Source: a virus
Taxonomy: Duplodnaviria > Caudoviricetes
Length of the DNA stretch: 24,914 bases
Virus record (IMG/VR): IMGVR_UViG_3300025571_000022
Span: 1-24,914 of that record
Reading direction: 5' to 3' (one strand)
The notes under the pieces: model-generated
Seen by the model: the letters and a program-made list of their open reading frames with translations, nothing else
Databases searched by the model: none
Told to the model about the DNA's origin: nothing
Shown: positions 16,204 through 24,676 of the stretch, one piece after another
How positions within the stretch are numbered: position 1 is the stretch's first letter
Layout of the letters: each line of letters begins with the position of its first letter
Program-made: the position numbers and the translations under genes

Positions 16204-17508
16204 ATGAAACAACTCGATCTATTCGCAGGTATCGGAGGGATCAGCCTGGCCGCAGAATGGGCCGGGATTGAAACAATAGCATTTTGCGAAAAAGAGTCAT
16301 TCTGCCAGAAAGTTCTCCGTGCCAGGTTTCCCGGCAGGCCGATTTATGACGACGTTTTTGATCTGACGGCGGAGGTGTTGCGAAAAGATGGAATCGACAA
16401 AATTGATATCGTCTCAGGGGGGTTCCCCTGCCAACCATTTAGCCACGCTGGCAAACGAACCGGAACAGCTGACGATCGATATCTTTGGCCTGAAATGTTC
16501 CGAATCATCGGAGAAATCAAACCCTCTTGGGTTGTTGCTGAAAATGTTGAGGGGCTCATCAGTATGGCGCAGTCAAATTGGAAGCCTGTCATGGAAGACG
16601 AAGCAGTTGTATGCGAAGAGGCGGAGATGGTGCTCGAAACAATCCGGAAAGACCTTGAAAAAGCAGGATACCAATCCGTCCCAATTGTTATACCGGCTGC
16701 AGCTGTCGGTGCCTCGCATCGAAGATACCGGGTCTTCATTGTGGCCCACAGTTACGGCGACAGCGGGGGACGGTCGAAGCGAACAAGACCCCGAGGTTTG
16801 GAAGGCCAGGTACGACCGGACGCTGGCGGAGAAGGGGATACGGAATGGATTGCCGATCAATGTGGCAGTCAAGATGTGGCCGACCCCGCGGGCAAACGAT
16901 GCGGAGAAGCGCGGGGACGTATCGGACGACCCCAGGAATGGGCTGCCGGGCGCAGTGAAATTGTGGCCGACACCACAAGCACACGACGCGAAGCCAGGTT
17001 CAGCGGACAGAGTGGGGAGATTCGGGTCGAAGCACGGCGGACGAAACCTGAACGATTATGTGATGCTTTGGCCCACACCAACGACGAACGACGCGAAGAA
17101 TGCCACACTCCCGCCAGCAGCGAAAGATTGGGATATCATCCCTGGGGCGTTGATGCGGGAAGGGTACACATCGCAGGAGGGGCAACTGAATCCAGAATGG
17201 GTGGAGGTGCTGATGAACTTTCCGCTTGGTTGGACGGACGTGGAATGAATCCGCTGGATGCGCTGAAAGGCTTCATCGACGCCTACCCGCAGCCTGCGCT
17301 CATGGGTCAGCCGCAGCACGAGTGGGAGCCCCCGAGGGTGGCAACGGGCGTGAAAAACCGGGCGGCGCGGCTGAAAGCGCTCGGGAACGCGGTTGATCCG
17401 TTGCAAGTATTCCCTATCTTTTATGGTATTCGCACCATCCATGATTATCTCTCGCAGGGGATGCTGAGGTGCCGCTTAAACGACATCGTCGCAAAGGATG
17501 ACCAATAA
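16204..17508 (+). CDS. C5-cytosine DNA methyltransferase, catalytic polypeptide (no recognisable motif IX)
   Basis: Motif I DLFAGIGG, IV GGFPCQPFS, VI ENV, VIII HRRYRVF, X RLKALGNAV. Confidence 0.9.
   Translation: MKQLDLFAGIGGISLAAEWAGIETIAFCEKESFCQKVLRARFPGRPIYDDVFDLTAEVLRKDGIDKIDIVSGGFPCQPFSHAGKRTGTADDRYLWPEMFRIIGEIKPSWVVAENVEGLISMAQSNWKPVMEDEAVVCEEAEMVLETIRKDLEKAGYQSVPIVIPAAAVGASHRRYRVFIVAHSYGDSGGRSKRTRPRGLEGQVRPDAGGEGDTEWIADQCGSQDVADPAGKRCGEARGRIGRPQEWAAGRSEIVADTTSTRREARFSGQSGEIRVEARRTKPERLCDALAHTNDERREECHTPASSERLGYHPWGVDAGRVHIAGGATESRMGGGADELSAWLDGRGMNPLDALKGFIDAYPQPALMGQPQHEWEPPRVATGVKNRAARLKALGNAVDPLQVFPIFYGIRTIHDYLSQGMLRCRLNDIVAKDDQ
16388..17248 (+). CDS. Overlapping-frame second methyltransferase polypeptide with four WPT(P/V) modules and motif IX-like end
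   Basis: GGAGGTG (16371-77) before ATG; 286 codons open; LWPTV, MWPTP, LWPTP, LWPTP; GQLNPEWVEVLMNFPLGWT. Confidence 0.75.
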   Translation: MESTKLISSQGGSPANHLATLANEPEQLTIDIFGLKCSESSEKSNPLGLLLKMLRGSSVWRSQIGSLSWKTKQLYAKRRRWCSKQSGKTLKKQDTNPSQLLYRLQLSVPRIEDTGSSLWPTVTATAGDGRSEQDPEVWKARYDRTLAEKGIRNGLPINVAVKMWPTPRANDAEKRGDVSDDPRNGLPGAVKLWPTPQAHDAKPGSADRVGRFGSKHGGRNLNDYVMLWPTPTTNDAKNATLPPAAKDWDIIPGALMREGYTSQEGQLNPEWVEVLMNFPLGWTDVE

Positions 17509-19940
17509 TGCTCTACAACCGAGAGCTGACCATATCCACCGCCGGCGACCGGCACAGCACAAACTGGCAGAATCAAACCATCTGGTGGTCCGAGCTCATC
17601 GAGCGCCTGCGCGTGACCGTGCGCGGCACGGAGACGCTGGCCGAGTATCTGGCACTGCCCAAACGCCAGCAGGACGATCTCAAGGACATCGGCGGCTTCG
17701 TCGGCGGTGCGCTGAATGGCCGTCGCCGCAAGGCGTCCGCTGTCGCCGGTCGCGACCTCATCACACTCGACATTGACACCATCCCGCCGTTTGGAACGGA
17801 CGACGTGCTGCGGCGGATCGACGGCCTCGGCTGTGCTTACGTCGTCTATTCCACCCGCAAGCACTCGCCGGACCGGCCGCGGTTACGCCTGATCGTGCCG
17901 ACGGATCGTACGATGACGCCGGACGAATACGAGCCGATCGCGCGCAAGCTGGCCGAAATGATCGGCATCGAAATGTGCGATCCGACGACGTTCCAAGTGA
18001 CGCGGCTCATGTACTGGCCGAGCTGCTGCGCGGACAGCCAATACATCTACCATTACGGCGACAAGCCGTTCCTGAGCGCGGACGGCATGCTGGCGCTCTA
18101 TGCAGACTGGCGCGACTGGATGAGCTGGCCGCAGGTGCCGGGCGCCGACGCCCAGCACGTCCGCCTGGCCGCGAAGCAAGGAGATCCGCACACCAAGCCG
18201 GGAGTCGTCGGGGCGTTCTGCCGGCAGTACGACGTGCTGACAGCCATAGAGACGTTCCTGCCGGGCGTCTACGCACCCACGGACGACCCGACGCGCTGGA
18301 CGTACGCGGCCGGCAGCACAACCGGCGGCGCGGTGATCTACGATGACGGCAAGTTCCTGTACAGCCACCACGCCACTGACCCGTGCAGCGGCCGCCTGGT
18401 CAACGCCTTTGACCTCGTGCGCCTGCACAAGTTCAGCGACCTGGACGATGACGCAGCGCCCGGAACGCCGACCAACAGGTTGCCATCTTACAGCGCAATG
18501 GTCGCCTTCGCGCTGCAGGATGCCGGCGTGGCAGCCGCCATGCAGCAGGAGCGGTACGAACGCGCGGTCGAGGCGTTCCAGAGCGCGGTACCGGCCGGCG
18601 GCCTGCCCGGCGCCGGCGAGCAGCCGGCAGAGCAGAGCACGGACTGGATTCGCCTGCTGGAGCTCAGCCCGACCACGGGCCGGCCGGCGAAGACGCCGTA
18701 CAACATCCTGACGCTTCTCCGCCACGACCCGGCGGTGGCCGGCAAAATCTACCGCGACACGTTCGCGGAGCGGATCATGGGCCGCGGTCCGTTGCCGTGG
18801 GCCCGCCGCGCCAATACGCACGGCACGTTCGTCTGGGACGACTCGGACGACAACGGGCTCGGATTGTACGTCGATCGCGTGCTCGGCTTCAGTTCGGAGC
18901 GCCCGCTGCGCATGGCGCTGTCCGAAATCGCTGAAGCAAACGCGATCAACCCGGTAGCCGCGTATCTGGAGAGTCTCACCTGGGACGGTGTTCCGCGGCT
19001 TGATACCATCTATATCGACTATTTCGGCGCGGAGGATTGCCCGTTCGTCCGGGCTGTCGCCAGAAAGGCGTTGGTGGCGGCCGTCGCACGAGCGATGATC
19101 GGAAAAGTCAAGTTCGACTACATGACAGTCTTGTACAGCCAGCAGCAGGGGATCGGCAAGTCTACGCTTTTCCGCCGCCTGGGTAAAGAGTGGTTCACGG
19201 ACAGTATCAAGTCCTTCGAGGGCAAGGAGGCCGAGGAGCTCATACAGGGCAAATGGATCGTCGAGATCGCGGAGCTGCAGGCGTTCAACCGGGTCGACAT
19301 CAACCGGATCAAGCAGTTCCTGAGCAAAGAGGACGACCAGTACCGCGAGGCTTACGGTCGGAATGTGAAGAACCAGATTCGGCGTGCGGTTTTCTTCGGC
19401 ACGACCAATGACCACGAATATCTCCATGACCCGACGGGGAACCGCCGATTCTGGCCGATTGATGCACGGCCGGAGAAAGCGACCAAAAACGTTTTTCGGG
19501 ATCTCACCGAATACGAGATTGACCAAATATGGGCCGAGGCCGTCGTTCGGTGGCGGGAAGGTGAGGCGCTGTATCTGTCTCCAGAGCTGGAGGCCGAGGC
19601 GGAGCGGCGCCGTCAGGAGCACATGGTACGGGATCCGCTGGAGGGCATTATCGAGGAGTTTCTGGAGCGGCCTGTGCCGGAAGACTGGCTGAAGTGGGAT
19701 CTGGAGCGCCGCATGATCTTCTGGGGCGGCGGGATGCAGTACAATGGGCCGCTGGTTCGCCGGGACCGCGTTTGCGCGGCCGAAATCTGGCGGGAATGCC
19801 TGGGCGAGCGCAAGGCCATCCCGCGGCAGGACGCCGCCCGGATCAATGCCGTCCTTTCAAAGATGAAAGGCTGGAGGCGGGCCGGAGTGATCCGGATCGG
19901 CGCGAACTACGGCAGCCAAAAAGGGTTTGTGCGCGAATGA
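17508..19940 (+). CDS. VapE-like primase-helicase
   Basis: AEP-like LDID/YSTRKH/RLRL; Walker A QQGIGKST; EIAEL; FFGTTN..YLHDPTGNRRFW. Confidence 0.92.
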   Translation: MLYNRELTISTAGDRHSTNWQNQTIWWSELIERLRVTVRGTETLAEYLALPKRQQDDLKDIGGFVGGALNGRRRKASAVAGRDLITLDIDTIPPFGTDDVLRRIDGLGCAYVVYSTRKHSPDRPRLRLIVPTDRTMTPDEYEPIARKLAEMIGIEMCDPTTFQVTRLMYWPSCCADSQYIYHYGDKPFLSADGMLALYADWRDWMSWPQVPGADAQHVRLAAKQGDPHTKPGVVGAFCRQYDVLTAIETFLPGVYAPTDDPTRWTYAAGSTTGGAVIYDDGKFLYSHHATDPCSGRLVNAFDLVRLHKFSDLDDDAAPGTPTNRLPSYSAMVAFALQDAGVAAAMQQERYERAVEAFQSAVPAGGLPGAGEQPAEQSTDWIRLLELSPTTGRPAKTPYNILTLLRHDPAVAGKIYRDTFAERIMGRGPLPWARRANTHGTFVWDDSDDNGLGLYVDRVLGFSSERPLRMALSEIAEANAINPVAAYLESLTWDGVPRLDTIYIDYFGAEDCPFVRAVARKALVAAVARAMIGKVKFDYMTVLYSQQQGIGKSTLFRRLGKEWFTDSIKSFEGKEAEELIQGKWIVEIAELQAFNRVDINRIKQFLSKEDDQYREAYGRNVKNQIRRAVFFGTTNDHEYLHDPTGNRRFWPIDARPEKATKNVFRDLTEYEIDQIWAEAVVRWREGEALYLSPELEAEAERRRQEHMVRDPLEGIIEEFLERPVPEDWLKWDLERRMIFWGGGMQYNGPLVRRDRVCAAEIWRECLGERKAIPRQDAARINAVLSKMKGWRRAGVIRIGANYGSQKGFVRE

Positions 19941-19943
19941 TAA

Positions 19944-20120
19944 CGTCAACCACGCGTCAACCAACACGTCAACTTTGTCAACCTTCCATAAACTGTCAGA
20001 GGTTGACAAGGTTGACGCGCCAAAACCCGAAATCCCTTGATATATAAGGCTTTATATATTGTAAACCTTGTCAACCTTATATTTGAGAAGAACGCAGTTA
20101 GAGAATTTAAAGAGAATAGA
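19944..20120. other. Probable replication origin
   Basis: GTCAAC at 19945, 19956, 19968, 19977, 20070; GTTGAC at 20002, 20011; AT-rich tract; non-coding, directly after the primase-helicase. Confidence 0.7.
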
Positions 20121-20210
20121 GCGGATAAATACCGCCTAATCCCTCAAATGCGCGCCTAGATCGCGCGCGTAAGTAATTTGGTTTACGCCGAACAGATGGA
20201 GGGTTGGACC

Positions 20211-20492
20211 ATGAGAGAGAAGAGCATCGAGACGTACCTCCGGGAGCAGGTGCGCAAAGCCGGCGGGGCAGCCATGAAGTGGGTCAGCCCCGGCAACAAC
20301 GGCGTCCCAGACCGGATTGTATTCCTGCCTGGTGGCCGGGTGGTTTTCGTCGAGCTGAAAGCACCGGGCCGGAAGCCGACGCAACTGCAGAAGTATCAGC
20401 ATGAGCGCCTGCGCGTGCTGGGCTGCGACGTGCGGGTGATCGACAGTCGTGAAGGCGTAGACGAGCTGATCGAGGAGCTGACGGGAGGCTGA
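20211..20492 (+). CDS. VRR-NUC domain nuclease
   Basis: MREKSIE, KWVSPGNNGVPDRIV, FVELKAPG. Confidence 0.92.
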   Translation: MREKSIETYLREQVRKAGGAAMKWVSPGNNGVPDRIVFLPGGRVVFVELKAPGRKPTQLQKYQHERLRVLGCDVRVIDSREGVDELIEELTGG

Positions 20493-20496
20493 TGGC

Positions 20497-21009
20497 ATGA
20501 TTGCAGTAACTTGCGCCTGGTGCGGAACGGGATTTCACATCAAGCCGAGCAAGGTGAAGGAGTCGAATTTCTGTTCCCGTGAATGCTATTTCAGGCACAA
20601 GGCCAGAAACCAGATCCGAACCATCTGTGAACAGTGCGGCAAACCGGTAGTAAAGCCGCCGTCGAAAGCGACGGAGCGAAATTTCTGCAGCCGCCAGTGC
20701 TTGATGAAAACCATCAACGTCGAATTGAACCCAACGCGCATGACCCCTGAAACCAGGCGGAAGCTGCGCGAAGCGAGACTGGGTTCAGGTGAAGGGAAGT
20801 CGTACGAGAAGACTTACGGCCGTCACACGCATCGAATTGTTGCCGAGCAGATGCTGGGCAGACCGCTTAAGCCTGGCGAAGTGGTACACCACATCAACGG
20901 CAACAAACGGGATAACCGTCCAGTGAATTTGCGCGTTTTCGCATCTCAAAAAGAGCATGCCGCATGGCATGTCGCCGAGGAAAGATTTTTCCGAGGTCAG
21001 AGGGGGTGA
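20497..21009 (+). CDS. Free-standing HNH homing endonuclease with two N-terminal Cys4 repeats
   Basis: CxxCG...FCSRxC twice; HRIVAE..LGRPL..GEVVHHINGNKRDNRPVNL. Confidence 0.88.
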   Translation: MIAVTCAWCGTGFHIKPSKVKESNFCSRECYFRHKARNQIRTICEQCGKPVVKPPSKATERNFCSRQCLMKTINVELNPTRMTPETRRKLREARLGSGEGKSYEKTYGRHTHRIVAEQMLGRPLKPGEVVHHINGNKRDNRPVNLRVFASQKEHAAWHVAEERFFRGQRG

Positions 21010-21013
21010 TGCC

Positions 21014-22386
21014 GTGGAAAAGTTCATACCGCACCCGTATCAAAGATATTGCATCCATCGCGTTGTGACGGATCCAATTCTCGGGTTGTTTTTGGATATG
21101 GGCTTAGGTTAGGAAAAACGGTTGTTTCTCTAACGGGGATTAACGATCTCATGTACAACCGGTTCAGCGTTCGGAAGACACTGGTTGTGGCGCCGAAGAA
21201 AGTCGCCGAAGCCACCTGGACGGATGAGGCGGCGCGGTGGGAACATCTACGGTTGCTGCGAGTGCAGACGGTCCTGGGGACGGAGCGGCAGCGGCTGCGA
21301 GCGCTGGCGACGCCGGCGGATATCTACGTGATTGGCCGGGACAATCTGCAATGGCTTGTCGATCATTACCGACAGGCGTGGCCGTTCGATATGGTGGTGC
21401 TGGACGAGCTCAGCAGCTTTAAAAATCCGAGCTCCAACCGGTTCAAGGCCATGCGGCGCGTCCGGCCGAAGATTCAGCGCGTGTTGGGACTGACCGGCAC
21501 GCCGGCGCCGAACGGGCTGATGGACTTGTGGGCGCAGGTGTACCTGCTGGACCAGGGGCAGCGGCTGTATCCGCGATTCGAGCAGTACAAGGAGCGGTAT
21601 TTCAGCAAGGCGACATGGCTTGATTATCCCAAATACGACGTCAAGGCCGGCGCGGAGGACGCGATCAAGCGGGCCATTGAGGACATCTGCATCAGCATGA
21701 AGGCGGAGGATTATCTGGAGCTGCCGGAGTTGGTGCAGAACCGGATCCCGGTGGAGCTGGACGCGAAGGCGCGGCAGGCGTACCGGGATTTCGAGCGCAA
21801 GCAGGTGCTGGAGCTGGACGGCGAAGTCATCACCGCCGCCCAGGCGGCCGCGGTCACGAACAAGCTGCTGCAGATGTGCGCCGGTGCCGTGTATGACGAA
21901 AACCGCGAAGTCCATGAGGTCCATGACGCGAAGATTGAGGCGTTTCTGGAGTTGGTCGAGAGCCTGCAAGGCAAGCCACTGCTGACGTTCTATGGCTTCC
22001 AGCATGATCGGGATCGGATCATGCAGGCGCTGCGGAAGCACAAGGGGCTGGAAGTTCGGGAACTGAAGGGGCCGGAAGACTACGCGGACTGGAATGCGCG
22101 GAAGATTCATGTCGGCCTGGCGCACCCGGCCAGCACGGCGTACGGCCTGAATCTTCAACGAGGCGGCAATCATATCTGCTGGTTCACCTTGCCCTGGTCG
22201 CTGGAGCTGTACGAGCAGGCCCAGAAGCGGCTTCACAGGCAGGGACAGGAGGAACGGGTGATCGAGCATTTCCTGATGGTTCGGGATTCAATGGATGAAG
22301 AAGTCGCGAAGCGCCTTGAGAGCAAGGCGAAGACGCAACAGGCGCTGATCGACGCACTGAAGGCGCGGATCGAAAAAGCGGCGTGA
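21014..22386 (+). CDS. SNF2-family helicase interrupted at Walker A by a 5-nt duplication (recoded gene, pseudogene or assembly error)
   Basis: GTG 21014 with GGGGGTG RBS gives MEKFIPHPYQ...LFLDMGLG* (TAG 21110-12); other frame continues LGKT...DELSS...LTGTP...YGLNLQ...RLHRQGQ; removing one TTAGG restores DMGLGKT, about 455 aa. Confidence 0.85.
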
Positions 22387-22400
22387 CGGGAGGAACCGAC

Positions 22401-22508
22401 ATGACCTTCGGACAATGGATCTGGCGGGCACAAGGTTGGGTCCGCAGGAAGATGCGCTGGCTGCGGCGCGAAATCGAACGGATGGAACGGGAGGAGATGG
22501 GACGATGA
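22401..22508 (+). CDS. Hypothetical peptide, 35 aa
   Basis: GGAGG RBS; ATGA overlap with next gene. Confidence 0.5.
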   Translation: MTFGQWIWRAQGWVRRKMRWLRREIERMEREEMGR

Positions 22509-22765
22509 AGTGCGAAGTGTGTGACGGTCGCGGAGGATGGTATGACGGTATCGGACCAAATGCGGAGCCGATATCTTGTGAGATTTGCGGCGGTCTGGGT
22601 GAGATCACAACCTACCTCTGCAAACAATGCGGCCGCCCGGGGCGGATCACCGAGGACAGCCAGACGTACTGTGAGCACTGCGGCCCGGGCGTGGAGCTGG
22701 TGGCGGCGCCGGATGAGGCGAGCGTGTACGGGATGGACTGCCGCAGCGGGAGGTGTGAGTGGTGA
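22505..22765 (+). CDS. Cys-rich Zn-finger protein, 86 aa
   Basis: CxxCxGxG twice plus two more CxxC; GGAGGAG RBS. Confidence 0.7.
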   Translation: MKCEVCDGRGGWYDGIGPNAEPISCEICGGLGEITTYLCKQCGRPGRITEDSQTYCEHCGPGVELVAAPDEASVYGMDCRSGRCEW

Positions 22766-22945
22766 TTTACAAACAACTGAACCCCGGCGACAAATACCGC
22801 CCGATCGTGACAGTGTTGAAGGTAAAAAAAAGGGGTCCCGACCGTAATCCGCGTCTCCGGGCGGGAGTATGTGCTGCGGACGCCGGATCAGTTCAACCAG
22901 CGGAAGAAGGGAGCGGTGAAGCGTGACCGAACAACAAGCCATTGA
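22762..22945 (+). CDS. Small phage protein, probably frameshifted at an A8 run
   Basis: GGAGGTG RBS, GTGA overlap; with A7 it reads ...VLKVKKGVPTVIRVSGREYVLRTPDQ. Confidence 0.45.
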
Positions 22946-23528
22946 ACTGCTGTCCAGCTACCGCCAGAAGCTGGCCCGCCTGCAGGTGCTGTCGACGTAC
23001 AGTGTCGGCGCCGGCATCACGATCAGCCGCCTCAACGAAGACGACCACCTGCAGGAGCTGCATCGCAAACTGCGCGGGCTGCCGAGCTACATGTACCTCA
23101 GCGCGAAAGAGCAGCGTCTGGAAGCGACCGCGCATGCGTACCTCGAGCGGTACCCGGCTGGCACCCGGGCGCAGCTGGCGGCGGTGCCGCGTGAGGGCGC
23201 GGACGAAGAGGACGAGAAGCTGCTGCGGGAGCTGCGGGCGAAGATCCGGAAGGTGATCGCGGCGCGCGGCTGGGACATCCGGGACGACATCGACGCGGTG
23301 CTGGACCGGCTGGCCGAGTACCAGGACCTGAAGGCGGAGATCGAGCGGGTGGATACGGTGCTGAGCGCGCTGGAGCAGTACAAGCCGGATCTGGCGAAAG
23401 TGCTGCGACTCATCTACATCGAGGGGAAGACATGGGGTGAAGCGGCGTCCGAGATGAGCATCTCCACGGCAGCGTTTTACCGTCGGAGACGTGCGGCACT
23501 TGAGAAGTTCGCGGAATTGGCGGGTTGA
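22923..23528 (+). CDS. ArpU/RinA-like late transcriptional activator
   Basis: C-terminal sigma-region-4-like HTH VLRLIYIEGKTWGEAASEMSISTAAFYRRR; last gene of the replication module. Confidence 0.8.
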   Translation: MTEQQAIELLSSYRQKLARLQVLSTYSVGAGITISRLNEDDHLQELHRKLRGLPSYMYLSAKEQRLEATAHAYLERYPAGTRAQLAAVPREGADEEDEKLLRELRAKIRKVIAARGWDIRDDIDAVLDRLAEYQDLKAEIERVDTVLSALEQYKPDLAKVLRLIYIEGKTWGEAASEMSISTAAFYRRRRAALEKFAELAG

Positions 23529-23537
23529 TAAAAAATA

Positions 23538-23602
23538 GAGAATGAAACGAGAATGAAACGAGAACAAAATGCGAACAAAAGTCAAAATTTGCGTGCTAAA
23601 AT
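23538..23602 (+). promoter_or_regulatory. Late promoter with 11-bp tandem repeats (probable activator sites)
   Basis: GAGAATGAAAC x2, GAGAACAAAAT, GCGAACAAAAG, then TG-C-TAAAAT (23594-23602); no good -35. Confidence 0.65.
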
Positions 23603-23630
23603 GGTATTGTCGAAGTAGTGTAGATGTACG

Positions 23631-23664
23631 AGGTCGCCGATCAACCGGCGGCCTTTTCTATTTT
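23631..23664 (+). terminator. Terminator-like hairpin early in the late transcript
   Basis: AGGTCGCCG-ATCAAC-CGGCGGCCT then TTTCTATTTT. Confidence 0.55.
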
Positions 23665-23668
23665 CGTC

Positions 23669-23737
23669 CAGCCGCCTCGCGGGTGAGTAGCGGCCCTCAC
23701 CTCCTCCTGCCGAGTCCGGATCGGTGCGGGGCGGCTG
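23669..23737 (+). ncRNA. Three-way-junction RNA displaying unpaired CCUCCU
   Basis: 12-bp stem 23669-80/23726-37; 7-bp stem 23681-87/23696-702; CCUCCU linker 23703-08; 5-bp stem 23709-13/23721-25. Confidence 0.55.
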
Positions 23738-23831
23738 TCCGGTGTTTCTTCGAGATAAGAAAAACCGCCGGGTGCTTCCCGAGCGGTCAATGAGATAATA
23801 CCAGGAATTAATACAACGGTCAATTGGTGAG

Positions 23832-24050
23832 GTGGCGCGAGTGAATGAGCAACTAGAAAAGATCAAGAAAAATATGCTGATTTTGGACATGTCGCTCGAT
23901 GATGCCCCATACTTTGGTGCCACAAAAGATTTTGTGAACGGGGCGCGTTTTGCCATGAACAAGATTTTTGAGGGAACGGGGTTAACATTAGAGAAATTGG
24001 CAAAGGAAAGAGGCTCGATACTCAAACAGGGAGAGGGGAGCAATGTATGA
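23832..24050 (+). CDS. Hypothetical protein
   Basis: ORF; GAGGTG RBS favours GTG 23841; lower GC. Confidence 0.6.
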   Translation: MARVNEQLEKIKKNMLILDMSLDDAPYFGATKDFVNGARFAMNKIFEGTGLTLEKLAKERGSILKQGEGSNV

Positions 24051-24327
24051 TCTTGTCGTCACAAAGCACGCACATGAACAATATTGCCGGCGAGTAGAAG
24101 AGATTGACCGGGACGAACTTATTAGGCGGCTCAAGTCCGAAATCAAATTGGACAAGCCGCCTTATTACCTGTTCCGTGCACTCAATAGTTGGTGGGTGTT
24201 CGAGGTAAGCGGAAAAACCATCGTGGTCGTGACTTGCTACGGTAACGGGTACATGGACATACCGAAAGCGTTACGTTGGGCAAAGATGCACAATGACAGG
24301 CTGAGGTTGGACGACGATGCCGTATAA
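24043..24327 (+). CDS. Hypothetical phage protein, 94 aa
   Basis: GAGGGG RBS; VTKHAHEQYC.RV...VVVTCYG. Confidence 0.7.
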   Translation: MYDLVVTKHAHEQYCRRVEEIDRDELIRRLKSEIKLDKPPYYLFRALNSWWVFEVSGKTIVVVTCYGNGYMDIPKALRWAKMHNDRLRLDDDAV

Positions 24328-24676
24328 GCCACTTAGACCATGCAACCATCCGGGGTGTCGCGAACTGACGCGGGAAAGGTTTTGCGAAGCGCACCGCAAG
24401 GAACGAGAGCGAGAGAAAGATAAAGGCAGACCGACAGCCGCACAACGCGGATATGACAGCAGGTGGAGAAAGGCACGGGCGTGGTACCTGAAACGAAACC
24501 CGCTATGTGTGGAATGCCAGAAGCGAGGGAAACTGACGCCTGCGACGGTGGTTGACCACGTGGTTCCCCACCGGGGAAACAAGGAACTGTTTTGGGATAT
24601 GTCGAACTGGCAGTCGTTATGCAAGCAGTGCCATGACAGGAAGACTGTGAGAGAAGATGGAGGGTTTGGGAGATGA
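24317..24676 (+). CDS. Terminase-associated HNH endonuclease
   Basis: RGYDSRWRKAR..YL..NPLCVEC...ATVVDHVVPHRG...NWQSLCKQCHDRKT. Confidence 0.92.
   Translation: MPYKPLRPCNHPGCRELTRERFCEAHRKEREREKDKGRPTAAQRGYDSRWRKARAWYLKRNPLCVECQKRGKLTPATVVDHVVPHRGNKELFWDMSNWQSLCKQCHDRKTVREDGGFGR

Noticed and set aside
17883-19622. 579-aa minus-strand ORF (and similar ones such as 21247..22269, 11709..12446)
   Set aside because: Antisense shadows of GC-rich genes; no recognisable motifs
21086-21094. -1 frameshift at TTG TTT TTG as explanation for the helicase break
   Set aside because: Poor slippery heptamer and would replace DMG with GYGLR before Walker A
21049-21112. ORF-track start for the helicase (MHPSRCDG...)
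   Set aside because: No RBS; the conserved PHPYQ...LFLDMG N-terminus is in the frame starting at 21014
21100-21120. Intron or intein at Walker A
   Set aside because: Only 5 extra nucleotides; no room for either
23538-23581. CRISPR-like repeats
   Set aside because: 11-bp contiguous tandem units without spacers; no cas genes (DUF2800 is only Cas4-like)
23669-23740. HDV-like ribozyme or tRNA
   Set aside because: CCUCGCGG resemblance only; could not build the nested double pseudoknot or a cloverleaf
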